Origin: Candidatus Methanomethylicaceae archaeon
GTDB lineage: Archaea > Thermoproteota > Methanomethylicia > Methanomethylicales > Methanomethylicaceae
Assembly: GCA_026414165.1 (NCBI GenBank)
Contig: JAOAJN010000001.1
Location: 137,066 to 201,065, forward strand
Direction: 5' to 3'
DNA: 64,000 nt
Part shown: piece by piece, positions 47,997 to 57,284 of the stretch
Position numbering within the stretch: the stretch's first letter is position 1
Layout of the letters: every line of letters begins with the position of its first letter
Made by a program: the position numbers and the translations under genes
The notes under the pieces: generated by a model
The model's database searches: none
What the model was told of the DNA's origin: nothing
Seen by the model: only the letters and a program-made list of their open reading frames with translations

Positions 47997-48170
47997 TATT
48001 TTTCACTAAATTTTATTATTTAATGGCAGGCGATGACGAAAAGTCCCAAAGACGTTAGGATGATTGGGATCTTGAGTTTGGAGCCTGCCTTTATCGAGCT
48101 AGTTAGATCCAACAACCGCTTTTTTACACAACGATAAAATTATTAGTCGGCGATAAGAGTTAAAACATCC

Positions 48171-48614
48171 ATGCCCAAAGCCTCTGTAAGGTGGAATGGA
48201 GATCTCAAGCTTGTTGGAAAAGATCAGTTTGGACACGAGGTTCTCATGGAAGCCCACAAAAGGTACGGTGGCTCCGGCGAAGGCACCACTCCCATGGACC
48301 TATTTCTGATGGCTTTAGGTGGTTGCGCCAGCCTCGAAATAATCACCATGCTCAAGTCCCGAAATCAAAACCTGACATCGCTAGATGTGGAACTCGAGGG
48401 CATCAGGAGGGAGGAGCATCCGCGGTTCTTCAGCAAGATCTCCGTCAAGTTCAAGTTTCAAGGAGCTTTGGACGACAATATTGTTGACAGAGTGGTTCGC
48501 CTGACCATGACAAAGCTATGTCCGATAGCCGCAATGCTCTCAAATATTTCTGAGATGAAGTGGAGCTACGAGATCTCGAAGACTGCTCAATTAGAGCAAC
48601 CTATAAAAACTTAA
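48171..48614 (+). CDS. OsmC-family protein (peroxiredoxin-like)
   Basis: GSGEGTTPMDLFLMALGGCASLEIITMLK and a second Cys in TMTKLCPIA. 147 aa. Confidence 0.8.
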   Translation: MPKASVRWNGDLKLVGKDQFGHEVLMEAHKRYGGSGEGTTPMDLFLMALGGCASLEIITMLKSRNQNLTSLDVELEGIRREEHPRFFSKISVKFKFQGALDDNIVDRVVRLTMTKLCPIAAMLSNISEMKWSYEISKTAQLEQPIKT

Positions 48615-48639
48615 CAAGCTTAATGAATATCCGGTGTAA

Positions 48640-49905
48640 TTGTTGAATATATGTCTTTTGACTTGGGAGTACCCGCCTAAGATCGTCGGAGGCCTCGGCA
48701 CATACACCTACGAACTCACCCGGCAACTTGTTAAGATGGAGCACAACATATGCGTCTTCACAATGAATGATGGTACCTTAAAGACAAGAGAACTGATGGG
48801 CGGCGTGGAGGTTCACCGCCCCAAACTCCTTGATATTTCAGAGATCTTTCCAGATGTTGTAACTGAGGAGATAAGGCGATGGGGTCCAGGCATGCGCTTC
48901 TTCTCAGATGTCTGGCTCTACAACATTCTAATCAGCTCAAAGATCGTGAATGACTTGGTTCCCAACGAGAAGCGGAACTTCGAAATCCTCTCGGTTCACG
49001 ATTGGCTCTCCTCAATGGCTGGCATAACTCTGAAGAAGTCTCTAAAAATTCCCATGGTCTTTCACCTCCACTCCACCGAGAAGGGCAGGAGCCTCGGCGA
49101 TGGTTCTAAGCTAATAAACGACCTAGAACGCAAGACCGCCGACTTTGCCGACAAGATCATTACTGTATCCTATGCCATGAAAGATGAATTGATCTCCTAC
49201 GGTTTCCCTTCGGACAAGATCGAGGTCGTATGGAACGGTGTGGACCCCAACAAATACTCCTTGGAGAAAGTCCCGCAGGAGAAGCGGCAGGCGATCAGGT
49301 CTCGCTACAAGATCGCCCCTGACGAACGAATGATCTTCTTCATAGGCAGACTCACAGGCGTAAAAGGCGCCGACCGCCTACTCATGGCCATGCCGCATGT
49401 GCTGTCCAAGTTTCCGAAGACAAAACTCGTCGTTGTCGGAAAGGGTGAGATGGAGGGCGAGCTCGTTAGACTCGCCACATCCCTCGGGATACAGAACAAC
49501 GTAATATTCAACTTCAACATGTTGCCCGAGGAGGAGCGTATTGCCCACTACGCCGCCTGCGACCTAGCGGTCTTCCCGAGCCTTTACGAGCCTTTTGGAA
49601 TTGTTGCGCTCGAAGCAATGTCCTTGAATAAGCCTATCGTAGTGGGTGCTAGGGGCATCAGCGGCATGAGGGAGATAGTAGTCTCAGGAGGACCAAACCA
49701 GTGCGGATACCACATCAATCCATACGATCCGCAGGACATAGCTATGGGGATAAACATGATACTCGGGGATGAGAACCACATGCGAAAGCTAGGCGAGAAC
49801 GCCCGGGCTAGAGTCCTCTCCGAGTTCACTTGGGACATAATATCCAAGAGGATAATGGAGATCTACACAAGGGTGGCTGAGGGCAAAAGCGAACACCCCT
49901 ATTAA
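48640..49905 (+). CDS. GT4-family glycogen-synthase-like glycosyltransferase (paralogue 1)
   Basis: LLTWEYPPKIVGGLGTYTYEL N-terminal motif and EPFGIVALEAMSLNKPIVV E-x7-E motif. TTG start. Confidence 0.8.
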   Translation: MLNICLLTWEYPPKIVGGLGTYTYELTRQLVKMEHNICVFTMNDGTLKTRELMGGVEVHRPKLLDISEIFPDVVTEEIRRWGPGMRFFSDVWLYNILISSKIVNDLVPNEKRNFEILSVHDWLSSMAGITLKKSLKIPMVFHLHSTEKGRSLGDGSKLINDLERKTADFADKIITVSYAMKDELISYGFPSDKIEVVWNGVDPNKYSLEKVPQEKRQAIRSRYKIAPDERMIFFIGRLTGVKGADRLLMAMPHVLSKFPKTKLVVVGKGEMEGELVRLATSLGIQNNVIFNFNMLPEEERIAHYAACDLAVFPSLYEPFGIVALEAMSLNKPIVVGARGISGMREIVVSGGPNQCGYHINPYDPQDIAMGINMILGDENHMRKLGENARARVLSEFTWDIISKRIMEIYTRVAEGKSEHPY

Positions 49906-49952
49906 TTCATCGAGGCACCAATCGAATTTCATGACATCCTCATCTAAAGTGC

Positions 49953-51890
49953 TTAAACCACTCTTATGAACCTATTAATGTAGGGATCACACCAGTGGCT
50001 CCAATACTGGGCTGGGTTCTTTAAGGGAACTGGATTCATGCTCCCTTTGGAGGGGTTCGGATTCTTACCAACGGGATGACCGAACAATTCGTTTGAGTAA
50101 AGTAGAGCTCCCTCGGAGAGCATATGATCAAGATTGTTCAGCAACACCCCTCTGACCTCTATCTCAAGTCCCATATGTTCCAAGAGCTTTATGAGATAAG
50201 GCGTGTCTCTTGGCCAGATGGTGGCCCTGTGGTACTCTTCATCCCCAAAGTACGGTTCTAACCTCTTGGAAATCGCAACACCAAAAGGGAGTGTGACATT
50301 GCCAATTACCCTGAGCGTCCTAAATACTAATAACTTCTTGAAATGCTGGTATCCTATATTAACCTCATCTCTGCCAAAGAGATGTAGCGCCGTGACCATG
50401 CCGACCATACCCATCGATGTCAACTCCTCCAACCTTCTATTACCTTCACAGTCCACAATGTCTGAAACAAACCTTCCATTCCAGAAATTCTGTATAAACG
50501 CCTTCTCCATCTCCTTGAGCCTATCCACAAGTCTGCTATACGATTCTGATCTCTCCTCATTTGTTGAACCGCAGAGATATCTTAGGGCTCTTATCCAATA
50601 CCCGTTAACCTCTGGCAGGCAGTATTTAGGTAGAGCGTACTCTTCGTTACTCCACTCACATGGCAACCTACAAGGTCTTCCGTTTACTATCGAGTCTGTC
50701 CAAGACTGGTGTGGGGCACACGCAACGAGCCCCCTTCTTAAAACTGGGGGTCCTCCCCAAACCAAATCCCTCGCTTCCATATCATCCAAGAGTTTCCCAG
50801 CCAAAGAAGAAGCCTTCTCCCTAAAGTCTCCGCCCAAAATAGCGCACAAGTATAGCAGAAGGGGCGGAGCATCCGCAGAGTGATCTTTGCCGTCCACAAT
50901 ATTGGGTAGAGTTCCTGCCTCCTCAAGTATCTTCATCAGTGTTGCTGCAAATGCCCTGATCCTGTCCCCCCAATCGAAGACTTTTGTGTAAATTTGGAAG
51001 TTGTTTATGATTCCTTCAAGTGCGTCCCTAATCCAAGGAAATCTGAACCACCAGCAGCCCGCCTCGGGGAACCATACTCCTTGCGTATATAAACCAAAGC
51101 ACCTCAAGGTGGATAGCCTTAGGATCATTATATCGCGTAGCCTCGGCTCCAAGAAATAGACTCTGCTTATCCAAGAAGGGTCCTTCACAAGCACATCATT
51201 GTTTAATCCCTCGACAATTACCTTCATTTCTCTACCTTCTAATGTGCAAACTGCGGGAGCATAAATTCTCCTACTCTCTCTAACGAACCTTATGTACCCT
51301 TCTTGGTCCCTATGTCTAAAACCGCTGCCCAGCTTGTAGACCCACTCTGTAAAATAATCGACAAATTCGATCTTTTCGAATGGTCCAACCTTGGCTTTCA
51401 AATCATTCCAAAAGATCATCAACCACTTCCCTTGTGGGATGATTTGAACGCCAGAAACCTCTTTGCCGTCTATGCCCCTCACATCAAAAAATGGAAGAAC
51501 CCTCATAACATTCCTATTCAATTTAACTTGGAACGATTCATTTCCGAAACTCAGCTCTGCCTCCAAGTCGGTGTAAACGTACTTTGCTCTGTAGGGTCCA
51601 ACGCAGACCTTCTCAGCACTCCCCTCTATGGAAAACATAATCCCGTCCAAAAGCTTGTATAAACTTCCTTCCTTAGAGACCAGCAGTCCTTGGTATGGAT
51701 AATCCCTGTTGGGACCAAAGAACCTCTCATTATTAAGAAGAACCTCTACCGAGAAGACCGAAGACGACCACTCTCCCATACTCGCCTTCAATAAGACTTG
51801 CTTGTTTCTCGCGAAATCCCAGTCCTGATCCTCCTCAACCCCCACCTCTATATCTGGCAAGTGCTGCACTGCGCATCTACCTCCGAACAT
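49953..51890 (-). CDS. glycogen debranching enzyme-like protein (amylo-alpha-1,6-glucosidase, GDE_C-type alpha/alpha barrel)
   Basis: 645 aa. C-terminal half has FPWIRDALEG, ATIWPRDTPY and WSHWCDPY blocks recalled from archaeal GDE-like proteins. Confidence 0.65.
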   Translation of the reverse strand: MFGGRCAVQHLPDIEVGVEEDQDWDFARNKQVLLKASMGEWSSSVFSVEVLLNNERFFGPNRDYPYQGLLVSKEGSLYKLLDGIMFSIEGSAEKVCVGPYRAKYVYTDLEAELSFGNESFQVKLNRNVMRVLPFFDVRGIDGKEVSGVQIIPQGKWLMIFWNDLKAKVGPFEKIEFVDYFTEWVYKLGSGFRHRDQEGYIRFVRESRRIYAPAVCTLEGREMKVIVEGLNNDVLVKDPSWISRVYFLEPRLRDIMILRLSTLRCFGLYTQGVWFPEAGCWWFRFPWIRDALEGIINNFQIYTKVFDWGDRIRAFAATLMKILEEAGTLPNIVDGKDHSADAPPLLLYLCAILGGDFREKASSLAGKLLDDMEARDLVWGGPPVLRRGLVACAPHQSWTDSIVNGRPCRLPCEWSNEEYALPKYCLPEVNGYWIRALRYLCGSTNEERSESYSRLVDRLKEMEKAFIQNFWNGRFVSDIVDCEGNRRLEELTSMGMVGMVTALHLFGRDEVNIGYQHFKKLLVFRTLRVIGNVTLPFGVAISKRLEPYFGDEEYHRATIWPRDTPYLIKLLEHMGLEIEVRGVLLNNLDHMLSEGALLYSNELFGHPVGKNPNPSKGSMNPVPLKNPAQYWSHWCDPYINRFIRVV

Positions 51891-51938
51891 TAGAAAGAGT
51901 TATTTCTGCAGGCAGTAAATAATCATTGGGGGATTTCC

Positions 51939-52181
51939 TTGCGGGATATTTACGAACTCACACCATCAATGCGTCTCCTCCTCACCATGCACAATATCTC
52001 GGCTGTCAATACAGACTCCGCAAAAAGGATTGACGACCTTAGGTCATTCTCAAACCTTCACAACGAAGAGCTGAGGGAGGCCCTCAGAGAACTCCTTTCA
52101 CACGGGTATGTAGTTGAGCGTGACGGAACGTACTACCTTAGCAGCCTGGGGATCTCTGTAGTAAGAAGTGTTTACACCTGA
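51939..52181 (+). CDS. small winged-helix protein (putative regulator)
   Basis: 80 aa. LREALRELLSHGYVVERDGTYYLSSLG wing-like motif. TTG start. Its stop lies 8 nt before the next gene's ATG. Confidence 0.4.
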   Translation: MRDIYELTPSMRLLLTMHNISAVNTDSAKRIDDLRSFSNLHNEELREALRELLSHGYVVERDGTYYLSSLGISVVRSVYT

Positions 52182-52188
52182 GGATCCG

Positions 52189-52779
52189 ATGATGCGACCA
52201 ATCCTTCATATCACATGGGAGTACCCTCCCTTTGTGGTAGGTGCCCTCTCAAAATACCTCTCTGAGATTATACCAAATATCGCATCCCAATACACGACAG
52301 TCTTGGTGGTAAGGGGAGATACTGATGGTGTATTCGAATCTCAGGGAATTAAGATCTACAAGGTTGGGTCTTCGGTCCGCACGCACCCCCACATCTTGAC
52401 TTATGCCCATTTGTTGAATCTGGACTTACTGCGGGGCGCTGCCAATGCGTTACACGAAAATGGAGGGGCATCATTAATTCATTCTCACGATTGGATCAGT
52501 TCAATAGCCTCAATCTATTTATCCTCATACATTGGGTGCCCCCTCTTCATCTCCGTCTACACCACCGAGATCACAAGAAGCCATTCTCTGAAATCCGTCC
52601 TAAGTTTGGGCATATTCGATTTGGAACGATACTGCTTCCAGAGGGCTGAAAGAGTATTTGTGAGAGACCATCAGATGAGGGATCTCCTAGTCAGCGAATA
52701 TGGGGTAGATCGAGGGAGGATCGTTTTGGGGAATGATCCTGAAACAATTCTAAAAACTTACAGGGGGATCCTAAACTGA
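52189..52779 (+). CDS. half-size GT4 paralogue: GT-B N-terminal domain only, with a degenerate WEYPP/GGL motif (paralogue 2)
   Basis: ILHITWEYPPFVVGALSKY (GGLG is replaced by GALS). It ends where the C-terminal Rossmann domain and E-x7-E motif should begin. GAGGAT-N3-ATG at 52189. Confidence 0.6.
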   Translation: MMRPILHITWEYPPFVVGALSKYLSEIIPNIASQYTTVLVVRGDTDGVFESQGIKIYKVGSSVRTHPHILTYAHLLNLDLLRGAANALHENGGASLIHSHDWISSIASIYLSSYIGCPLFISVYTTEITRSHSLKSVLSLGIFDLERYCFQRAERVFVRDHQMRDLLVSEYGVDRGRIVLGNDPETILKTYRGILN

Positions 52780-52790
52780 CACTTAGAGTA

Positions 52791-53957
52791 ATGATGTTAA
52801 GCTGGGAGTACCCTCCCCACGTAGTCGGCGGACTCGGGAGGCACGTCTTTTACCTCTCGAAGGCCCTCTCATCAAAGGGTGTAGAGATACAAGTCCTGAC
52901 GTTCACGGACGGATCGTCCCTCTCCGAAGAAGTAATCGAAGGCGTCAAAGTAATTCGGATCAATCCTTATTCCCTAAGGTATCCCGACTTCACATCATGG
53001 ATCCATGGGTTGAACCTCCTAATGTTAGATCGTGCCTTAAAACTCAGGGGCTTCGATCTCATACATGTTCATGACTGGCTCACTGCAACATCGGGCATAG
53101 CGCTGAAAAATCTGACGAGGAAGCCACTCGTAGCCACCATCCACTCCACAGAATTAGGCAGGAGGGGCGGCAACCTAAAAAATGAACATGAGCGCCACAT
53201 CCACGAGATAGAGTGGTTCCTCTCCTATGAGGCATGGCGCGTGATCTGTTGCAGCAGGTACATGGTGGGGGAGGTCTCAAAGTTCCTTGGCTGCCCTCTT
53301 GATAAGATCGTCCAGATCCCAAATGGGTACGCACCAAACTCATTCCCAAAACCCGCTCCCATTAACCGAAGGGAGTACGCAAGGGACGACGAGAAGATCG
53401 TTCTCTATGTAGGGCGTCTCGTCTACGAGAAAGGCCCACACCTTCTGTTGGAGGCCGCCAGCAAACTCGGGAGGAGCGACCTGAAGTTTATATTCGTGGG
53501 CGACGGCTCCATGAAGCCTTATTTGGTTGAATTGAGCAGCAGACTCGGAATCTCCGATAAGGTCTACTTTTTGGGGCACGTACCCGATGATGTGCTCCAT
53601 GCATTATACAGGTTAGCAACAGTCGCAATCTTTCCGAGCCTATACGAGCCGTTTGGAATAGTTGCACTAGAAGCAATGGGTTTGGGCGTACCTGTAATCG
53701 TATCTGCTGTAGGAGGTCTCGACGAGATCGTCCAGCACGGTCACAACGGTATAAAATTCACTCCTGGATCTTCCGGTGCTTTGGCGGAAGCCATTAACCT
53801 TCTGGTGGACGACCCAGGGCTCTGTAGAAAGCTTTCTGAAAACGCCCGTAGGAACTTGGGCGCATTCACATGGGACAGGGCTGCTGAGGAGACTATCAAG
53901 CTTTATGAAAGGATACTTGGAGAGTATCAAATTGGATCATGGAAGCCGAGGGTGTGA
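52791..53957 (+). CDS. GT4-family glycogen-synthase-like glycosyltransferase (paralogue 3)
   Basis: MMLSWEYPPHVVGGLGRHVFYL and EPFGIVALEAMGLGVPVIV. 388 aa. Confidence 0.85.
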   Translation: MMLSWEYPPHVVGGLGRHVFYLSKALSSKGVEIQVLTFTDGSSLSEEVIEGVKVIRINPYSLRYPDFTSWIHGLNLLMLDRALKLRGFDLIHVHDWLTATSGIALKNLTRKPLVATIHSTELGRRGGNLKNEHERHIHEIEWFLSYEAWRVICCSRYMVGEVSKFLGCPLDKIVQIPNGYAPNSFPKPAPINRREYARDDEKIVLYVGRLVYEKGPHLLLEAASKLGRSDLKFIFVGDGSMKPYLVELSSRLGISDKVYFLGHVPDDVLHALYRLATVAIFPSLYEPFGIVALEAMGLGVPVIVSAVGGLDEIVQHGHNGIKFTPGSSGALAEAINLLVDDPGLCRKLSENARRNLGAFTWDRAAEETIKLYERILGEYQIGSWKPRV

Positions 53958-53961
53958 TCCT

Positions 53962-54909
53962 ATGAAGCGCTCTGTGGGCATTGACATGGGCGGAACTTGG
54001 ATTAGGGTTGCCCTCGGAACCGAAGATGGGGTCATCCTGAAAAAAATAACCGCCCCCGTCGATCCTCTAGCTGACAATGCTTCAATCCTCAACCAGCTTG
54101 AAACCCTCATAATTGAGGTCTCCGGGGATTCCCTAAAGGAGATCAAGGGGATTGGAATAGCGGCTGCAGGCAAGCTCGATATTAAAAGGTCCACAATCAT
54201 ATTTTCGCCCCATACATCCATAAGGTCTCTCTCCGTAGAACCGCTTCATGAGAGCCTCAAAAAGCCACTAACATTTCTTAACGACGGTGTTGCCGCCGCC
54301 TTGGCAGAGTTGAGGCTGGGGGCTGGTAGAGGTCACGATAATATCGTCTACGTTGGAATAGGCACAGGCATCGGGGGAGGCATAGTTGTTGATGGTCACC
54401 TGCTTATAGGAAAGGAGGGCAATGCCCACGAGATGGGTCATATGATCATAGACGCGGGTGGTGCAATAGAGTGTGACTGCGGTGGTCGGGGTCACTGGGA
54501 GGCTTACACGTCAGGGAGTGGCTTGCCCCGCCTTTCTAGACTCCTAGCCCAAAGCTTTGTGGGACGTACCCCCTTTCTCGAGAGGTCGTTACGTGCCAAG
54601 GTTGAGGCAAGGGAAGTGTTTGAATATGCACGGAAAGGCGACAACTTCGCCCTCTCCGTAGTCAGAGAAGCCACGAGACTCAACGCTATAGCCATGGCTA
54701 ACTTGGTCAACCTCTACGACCCTAGCTTGATATCGGTTGGCGGCGGCGTGGCTATTAAGAACGTGGATTTCGTAGTCTCGCCGCTCCAGTCCTACGTGGA
54801 GCGTTTCTCCTTCAACACGCCCCCTAAGATCGTGCCGTCCCCGCTGGGAGAGGAGGCCCCGCTGCTGGGATCCGTCGTCTCTGTATTTGGTCTTGATTTT
54901 AATATTTGA
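53962..54909 (+). CDS. glk: ROK-family glucokinase
   Basis: VGIDMGGTWIRVA, GIGTGIGGGIV..GNAHEMGHM and Zn motif CDCGGRGHWE. ATG 53962 lies 4 nt after the upstream stop; the ORF-track start at 53776 is an overcall. Confidence 0.85.
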   Translation: MKRSVGIDMGGTWIRVALGTEDGVILKKITAPVDPLADNASILNQLETLIIEVSGDSLKEIKGIGIAAAGKLDIKRSTIIFSPHTSIRSLSVEPLHESLKKPLTFLNDGVAAALAELRLGAGRGHDNIVYVGIGTGIGGGIVVDGHLLIGKEGNAHEMGHMIIDAGGAIECDCGGRGHWEAYTSGSGLPRLSRLLAQSFVGRTPFLERSLRAKVEAREVFEYARKGDNFALSVVREATRLNAIAMANLVNLYDPSLISVGGGVAIKNVDFVVSPLQSYVERFSFNTPPKIVPSPLGEEAPLLGSVVSVFGLDFNI

Positions 54910-54925
54910 GCTTCGAATCTGCTTT

Positions 54926-55489
54926 CTATCTCTCCTTGGCTATCATGACCTCAGTGGCTTTGATTACAGCCTCGACCCTGTCATCGATCTTTATGTTAAG
55001 ATCATCGACAGCCTCGGTGGATATCAGCGCAGTTATAGTCGTTGGCACATCTATCTCAAGCCTTATCTTAGTAACTACATCTCCTCTCTCCACACTTTTG
55101 ACAACGCCCTTTAGCCTGTTTCTGGCACTAATCTTCAAACCAACCGCCTCCCAATATTCCTCATCACCCAGAACCTCTCCCACATAATTCTCGACCCTTC
55201 GATACTCCTTGAGCAGGTAATCCCCAAGTGGGGTGAGCTTCGCCCCGCCTCCTCCACTCCTTCCTCCTTTAAAGGTCTCCACCACGGGTTCGCCCACAGC
55301 ATTTCTCATCTTCATTAGATAGTTCCATACATAACGGTATGACATGCCAAGCTTTCTGGCTGCCTTCGAGATCGATCTCTCTTCTTTTATGGCCTCAAGA
55401 ATCCTGGCACCGCCATAGCCCAATATTGGCTCCCCTTTGTATTCGAGCCAGATCTTTGCGGTGGGCTTTGTTGTCTCTTGGGCGGGCAT
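54926..55489 (-). CDS. modE: ModE-like molybdate/tungstate-responsive transcriptional regulator
   Basis: N-terminal HTH ILEAIKEERSISKAARKLGMSYRYVWNYL plus a C-terminal Mop/TOBE domain ISARNRLKGVVKSVERGDVVTKIRLEI. Confidence 0.8.
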   Translation of the reverse strand: MPAQETTKPTAKIWLEYKGEPILGYGGARILEAIKEERSISKAARKLGMSYRYVWNYLMKMRNAVGEPVVETFKGGRSGGGGAKLTPLGDYLLKEYRRVENYVGEVLGDEEYWEAVGLKISARNRLKGVVKSVERGDVVTKIRLEIDVPTTITALISTEAVDDLNIKIDDRVEAVIKATEVMIAKER

Positions 55490-55513
55490 ACGATTGAATA
55501 TTGACCGTTATGT

Positions 55514-55541
55514 TTTTAAATACATATCGATAACGATGTAT
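55514..55541. promoter_or_regulatory. candidate tupA TATA box (TTTTTAAATA) overlapping the inverted repeat ATACAT-N10-ATGTAT (possible ModE operator)
   Basis: Read directly in the 86-bp divergent modE/tupA intergenic region. IR arms are at 55520-55525 and 55536-55541, with a CGATAACGAT core. Confidence 0.3.
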
Positions 55542-55575
55542 ACAACCATACATAACGGGTATTGGTGCTCTACCA

Positions 55576-56517
55576 ATGTGGAGAACTTCGAAAACACTAT
55601 CCATTGCAATCTTGGCAGCACTTATCATCATAGGTCTGCTTGCTTACGAACAGTACATGGTATCTGGAAGGTCGATGGTTGTCCTCGCAACAACCACGAG
55701 CACTTATGATTCGGGGCTTCTGGATTATTTGATCCCAAAATTCAAGTCTGAATACAGTATCAGCGTTCATATCGTTTCAGTAGGAACAGGTCAGGCGATA
55801 GAGGCTGCCAAGAGAGGGGATGTCGATCTCGTCCTAGTCCACTCAAGGCAGCTAGAGCTTGATTTTATCAACAGCAGTTATGGCGTCCATAGGGTGGGCG
55901 TAATGTACAACGACTTCATTATAATCGGACCCTTAGAGGACCCTGCCAATATAAGCGGACTAACCAATGCCACAGAAGCACTCCGAAGGATCGCAGAGGA
56001 GGGCAATAAAGGCAATACTTTTACTCTGTTTATCTCACGTGCAGACAGGTCTGGCACACATATGGTTGAGCTAAGCATATGGGCGCGCCTCGGAACGTTA
56101 CCGTCAAGCGCCACCCACAGGTGGTATCTGGAAGCGGGCGGTGGCATGGGTGCAGTCATGCGTATGGCAAACGAGAAGAGGGCCTACACAATCACGGACA
56201 GGGCTACCTGGATCTCCTTCAAAAGTCAACTTCCAAACTTGAGAGCCCTCGTCCAAGGAGATCTCGCTCTTTTAAACCCCTATGCAATAATACTGACGAA
56301 TCCGGAAAAGTACCCACAAAGAAACTTTGATGGTGCCATAGCCTTGGCTAAGTGGATTATCTCAGAGGAAGGTCAAAAACTCATAGCGGACTTCAAGAAA
56401 GAAGGCGAAGCTCTATTCACACCCATCGCCCGTAACTATACGAGAGCCCATGAGCTTGGCTTTCTAGACCAAGAGGAGGAGATCGCTTGGTATGATGCTC
56501 AGAAACCATTGTCCTAA
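55576..56517 (+). CDS. tupA: tungstate ABC transporter substrate-binding protein TupA
   Basis: N-terminal anchor helix followed by the TupA signature LATTTSTYDSGLLDYL. Confidence 0.8.
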   Translation: MWRTSKTLSIAILAALIIIGLLAYEQYMVSGRSMVVLATTTSTYDSGLLDYLIPKFKSEYSISVHIVSVGTGQAIEAAKRGDVDLVLVHSRQLELDFINSSYGVHRVGVMYNDFIIIGPLEDPANISGLTNATEALRRIAEEGNKGNTFTLFISRADRSGTHMVELSIWARLGTLPSSATHRWYLEAGGGMGAVMRMANEKRAYTITDRATWISFKSQLPNLRALVQGDLALLNPYAIILTNPEKYPQRNFDGAIALAKWIISEEGQKLIADFKKEGEALFTPIARNYTRAHELGFLDQEEEIAWYDAQKPLS

Positions 56518-56590
56518 TGCAATTTTATTATCAAGGAATCATCTCAAACACCTTTCAGTTGGTGATCTTAATTTTTGGGCGTGATTTTTA

Positions 56591-57277
56591 ATGGCTGAGG
56601 ACTTGTTTCTCCAAGAGATTATAAATATCACACTTCTATCTCTCAGGGTATCTGGTACTGCTGTGTTAATGGGCGCATTGATAGGCATTCCTGTTGGAAC
56701 ATATTTGGGGTTTAGGCAGTTCAAAGGGAAAAAGACGATGATGCGCTTAGTGGACATAATGCTTAAGAGTATAGTGAACACATTCATGGGCCTTCCGCCA
56801 GTTGCCGTCGGGCTGGTCGTTTACCTTCTCCTAACCACTTCGGGTCCCCTCGGCTGGCTAGGTCTCCTCTATACGCCCGCTGCCATGGTAATAACTCAAC
56901 TGATCATGGTCATACCGATAATAATCGGCGTGACTATGTCGGCAGTAGGATCGGTCGAGAAGTCCATAAAAGAGAAGGCTCTATCACTCGGTGCCACCGA
57001 GAACCAGGCAGCTTGGCTGGTTCTGAGAGAGGCCCGCGTGGGCGTCCTAACATCAATAATAGTCGCATTCGGCGCAGCAATATCTGAGGTTGGCGGCATA
57101 ATGATCAGCGGCGGAAATATTAGGTGGCTCACCCGAACACTGACGACTGCCATAGTCGTAGAGACCGAGCTCGGTAACTTTAATATGGCTCTCACGCTCG
57201 GTGCCATACTCCTGTCTATAGCATTTGTGATAAATCTTGCATTGACCATTCTTCAATTAAAGGGTTCGAGGAGGTAG
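56591..57277 (+). CDS. tupB: tungstate ABC transporter permease TupB
   Basis: 228 aa, 5-6 TM helices, ABC permease-like. Located between tupA and the ATPase gene. Confidence 0.8.
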   Translation: MAEDLFLQEIINITLLSLRVSGTAVLMGALIGIPVGTYLGFRQFKGKKTMMRLVDIMLKSIVNTFMGLPPVAVGLVVYLLLTTSGPLGWLGLLYTPAAMVITQLIMVIPIIIGVTMSAVGSVEKSIKEKALSLGATENQAAWLVLREARVGVLTSIIVAFGAAISEVGGIMISGGNIRWLTRTLTTAIVVETELGNFNMALTLGAILLSIAFVINLALTILQLKGSRR

Positions 57278-57284
57278 CCCAAAC

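Noticed and set aside
48027-48089. A possible sRNA or terminator hairpin downstream of the LSm-wHTH gene (GGCAGGC...GCCTGCC with internal GATGA-like boxes).
   Set aside because: The box C is imperfect (AUGACGA) and no proper D or D' box is present. It may simply be a terminator-like inverted repeat. Coordinates are +/-1 nt.
48191-48487. A 98-aa alternative-frame ORF inside the OsmC gene, and a 67-aa one at 43299..43502 inside the small membrane protein gene.
   Set aside because: These are Arg/Gly/Trp-rich out-of-frame translations of better-supported genes. There is no independent start signal.
50203-50883. Long antisense ORFs inside real genes: 226 aa opposite the GDE-like gene, 215 aa at 62150..62797 opposite aor/ferredoxin, 171 and 153 aa opposite cdc48, and 154 aa opposite fen1.
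   Set aside because: All are Ser/Pro/Leu-rich mirror-frame ORFs lying within genes whose sense-strand products carry unmistakable family motifs.
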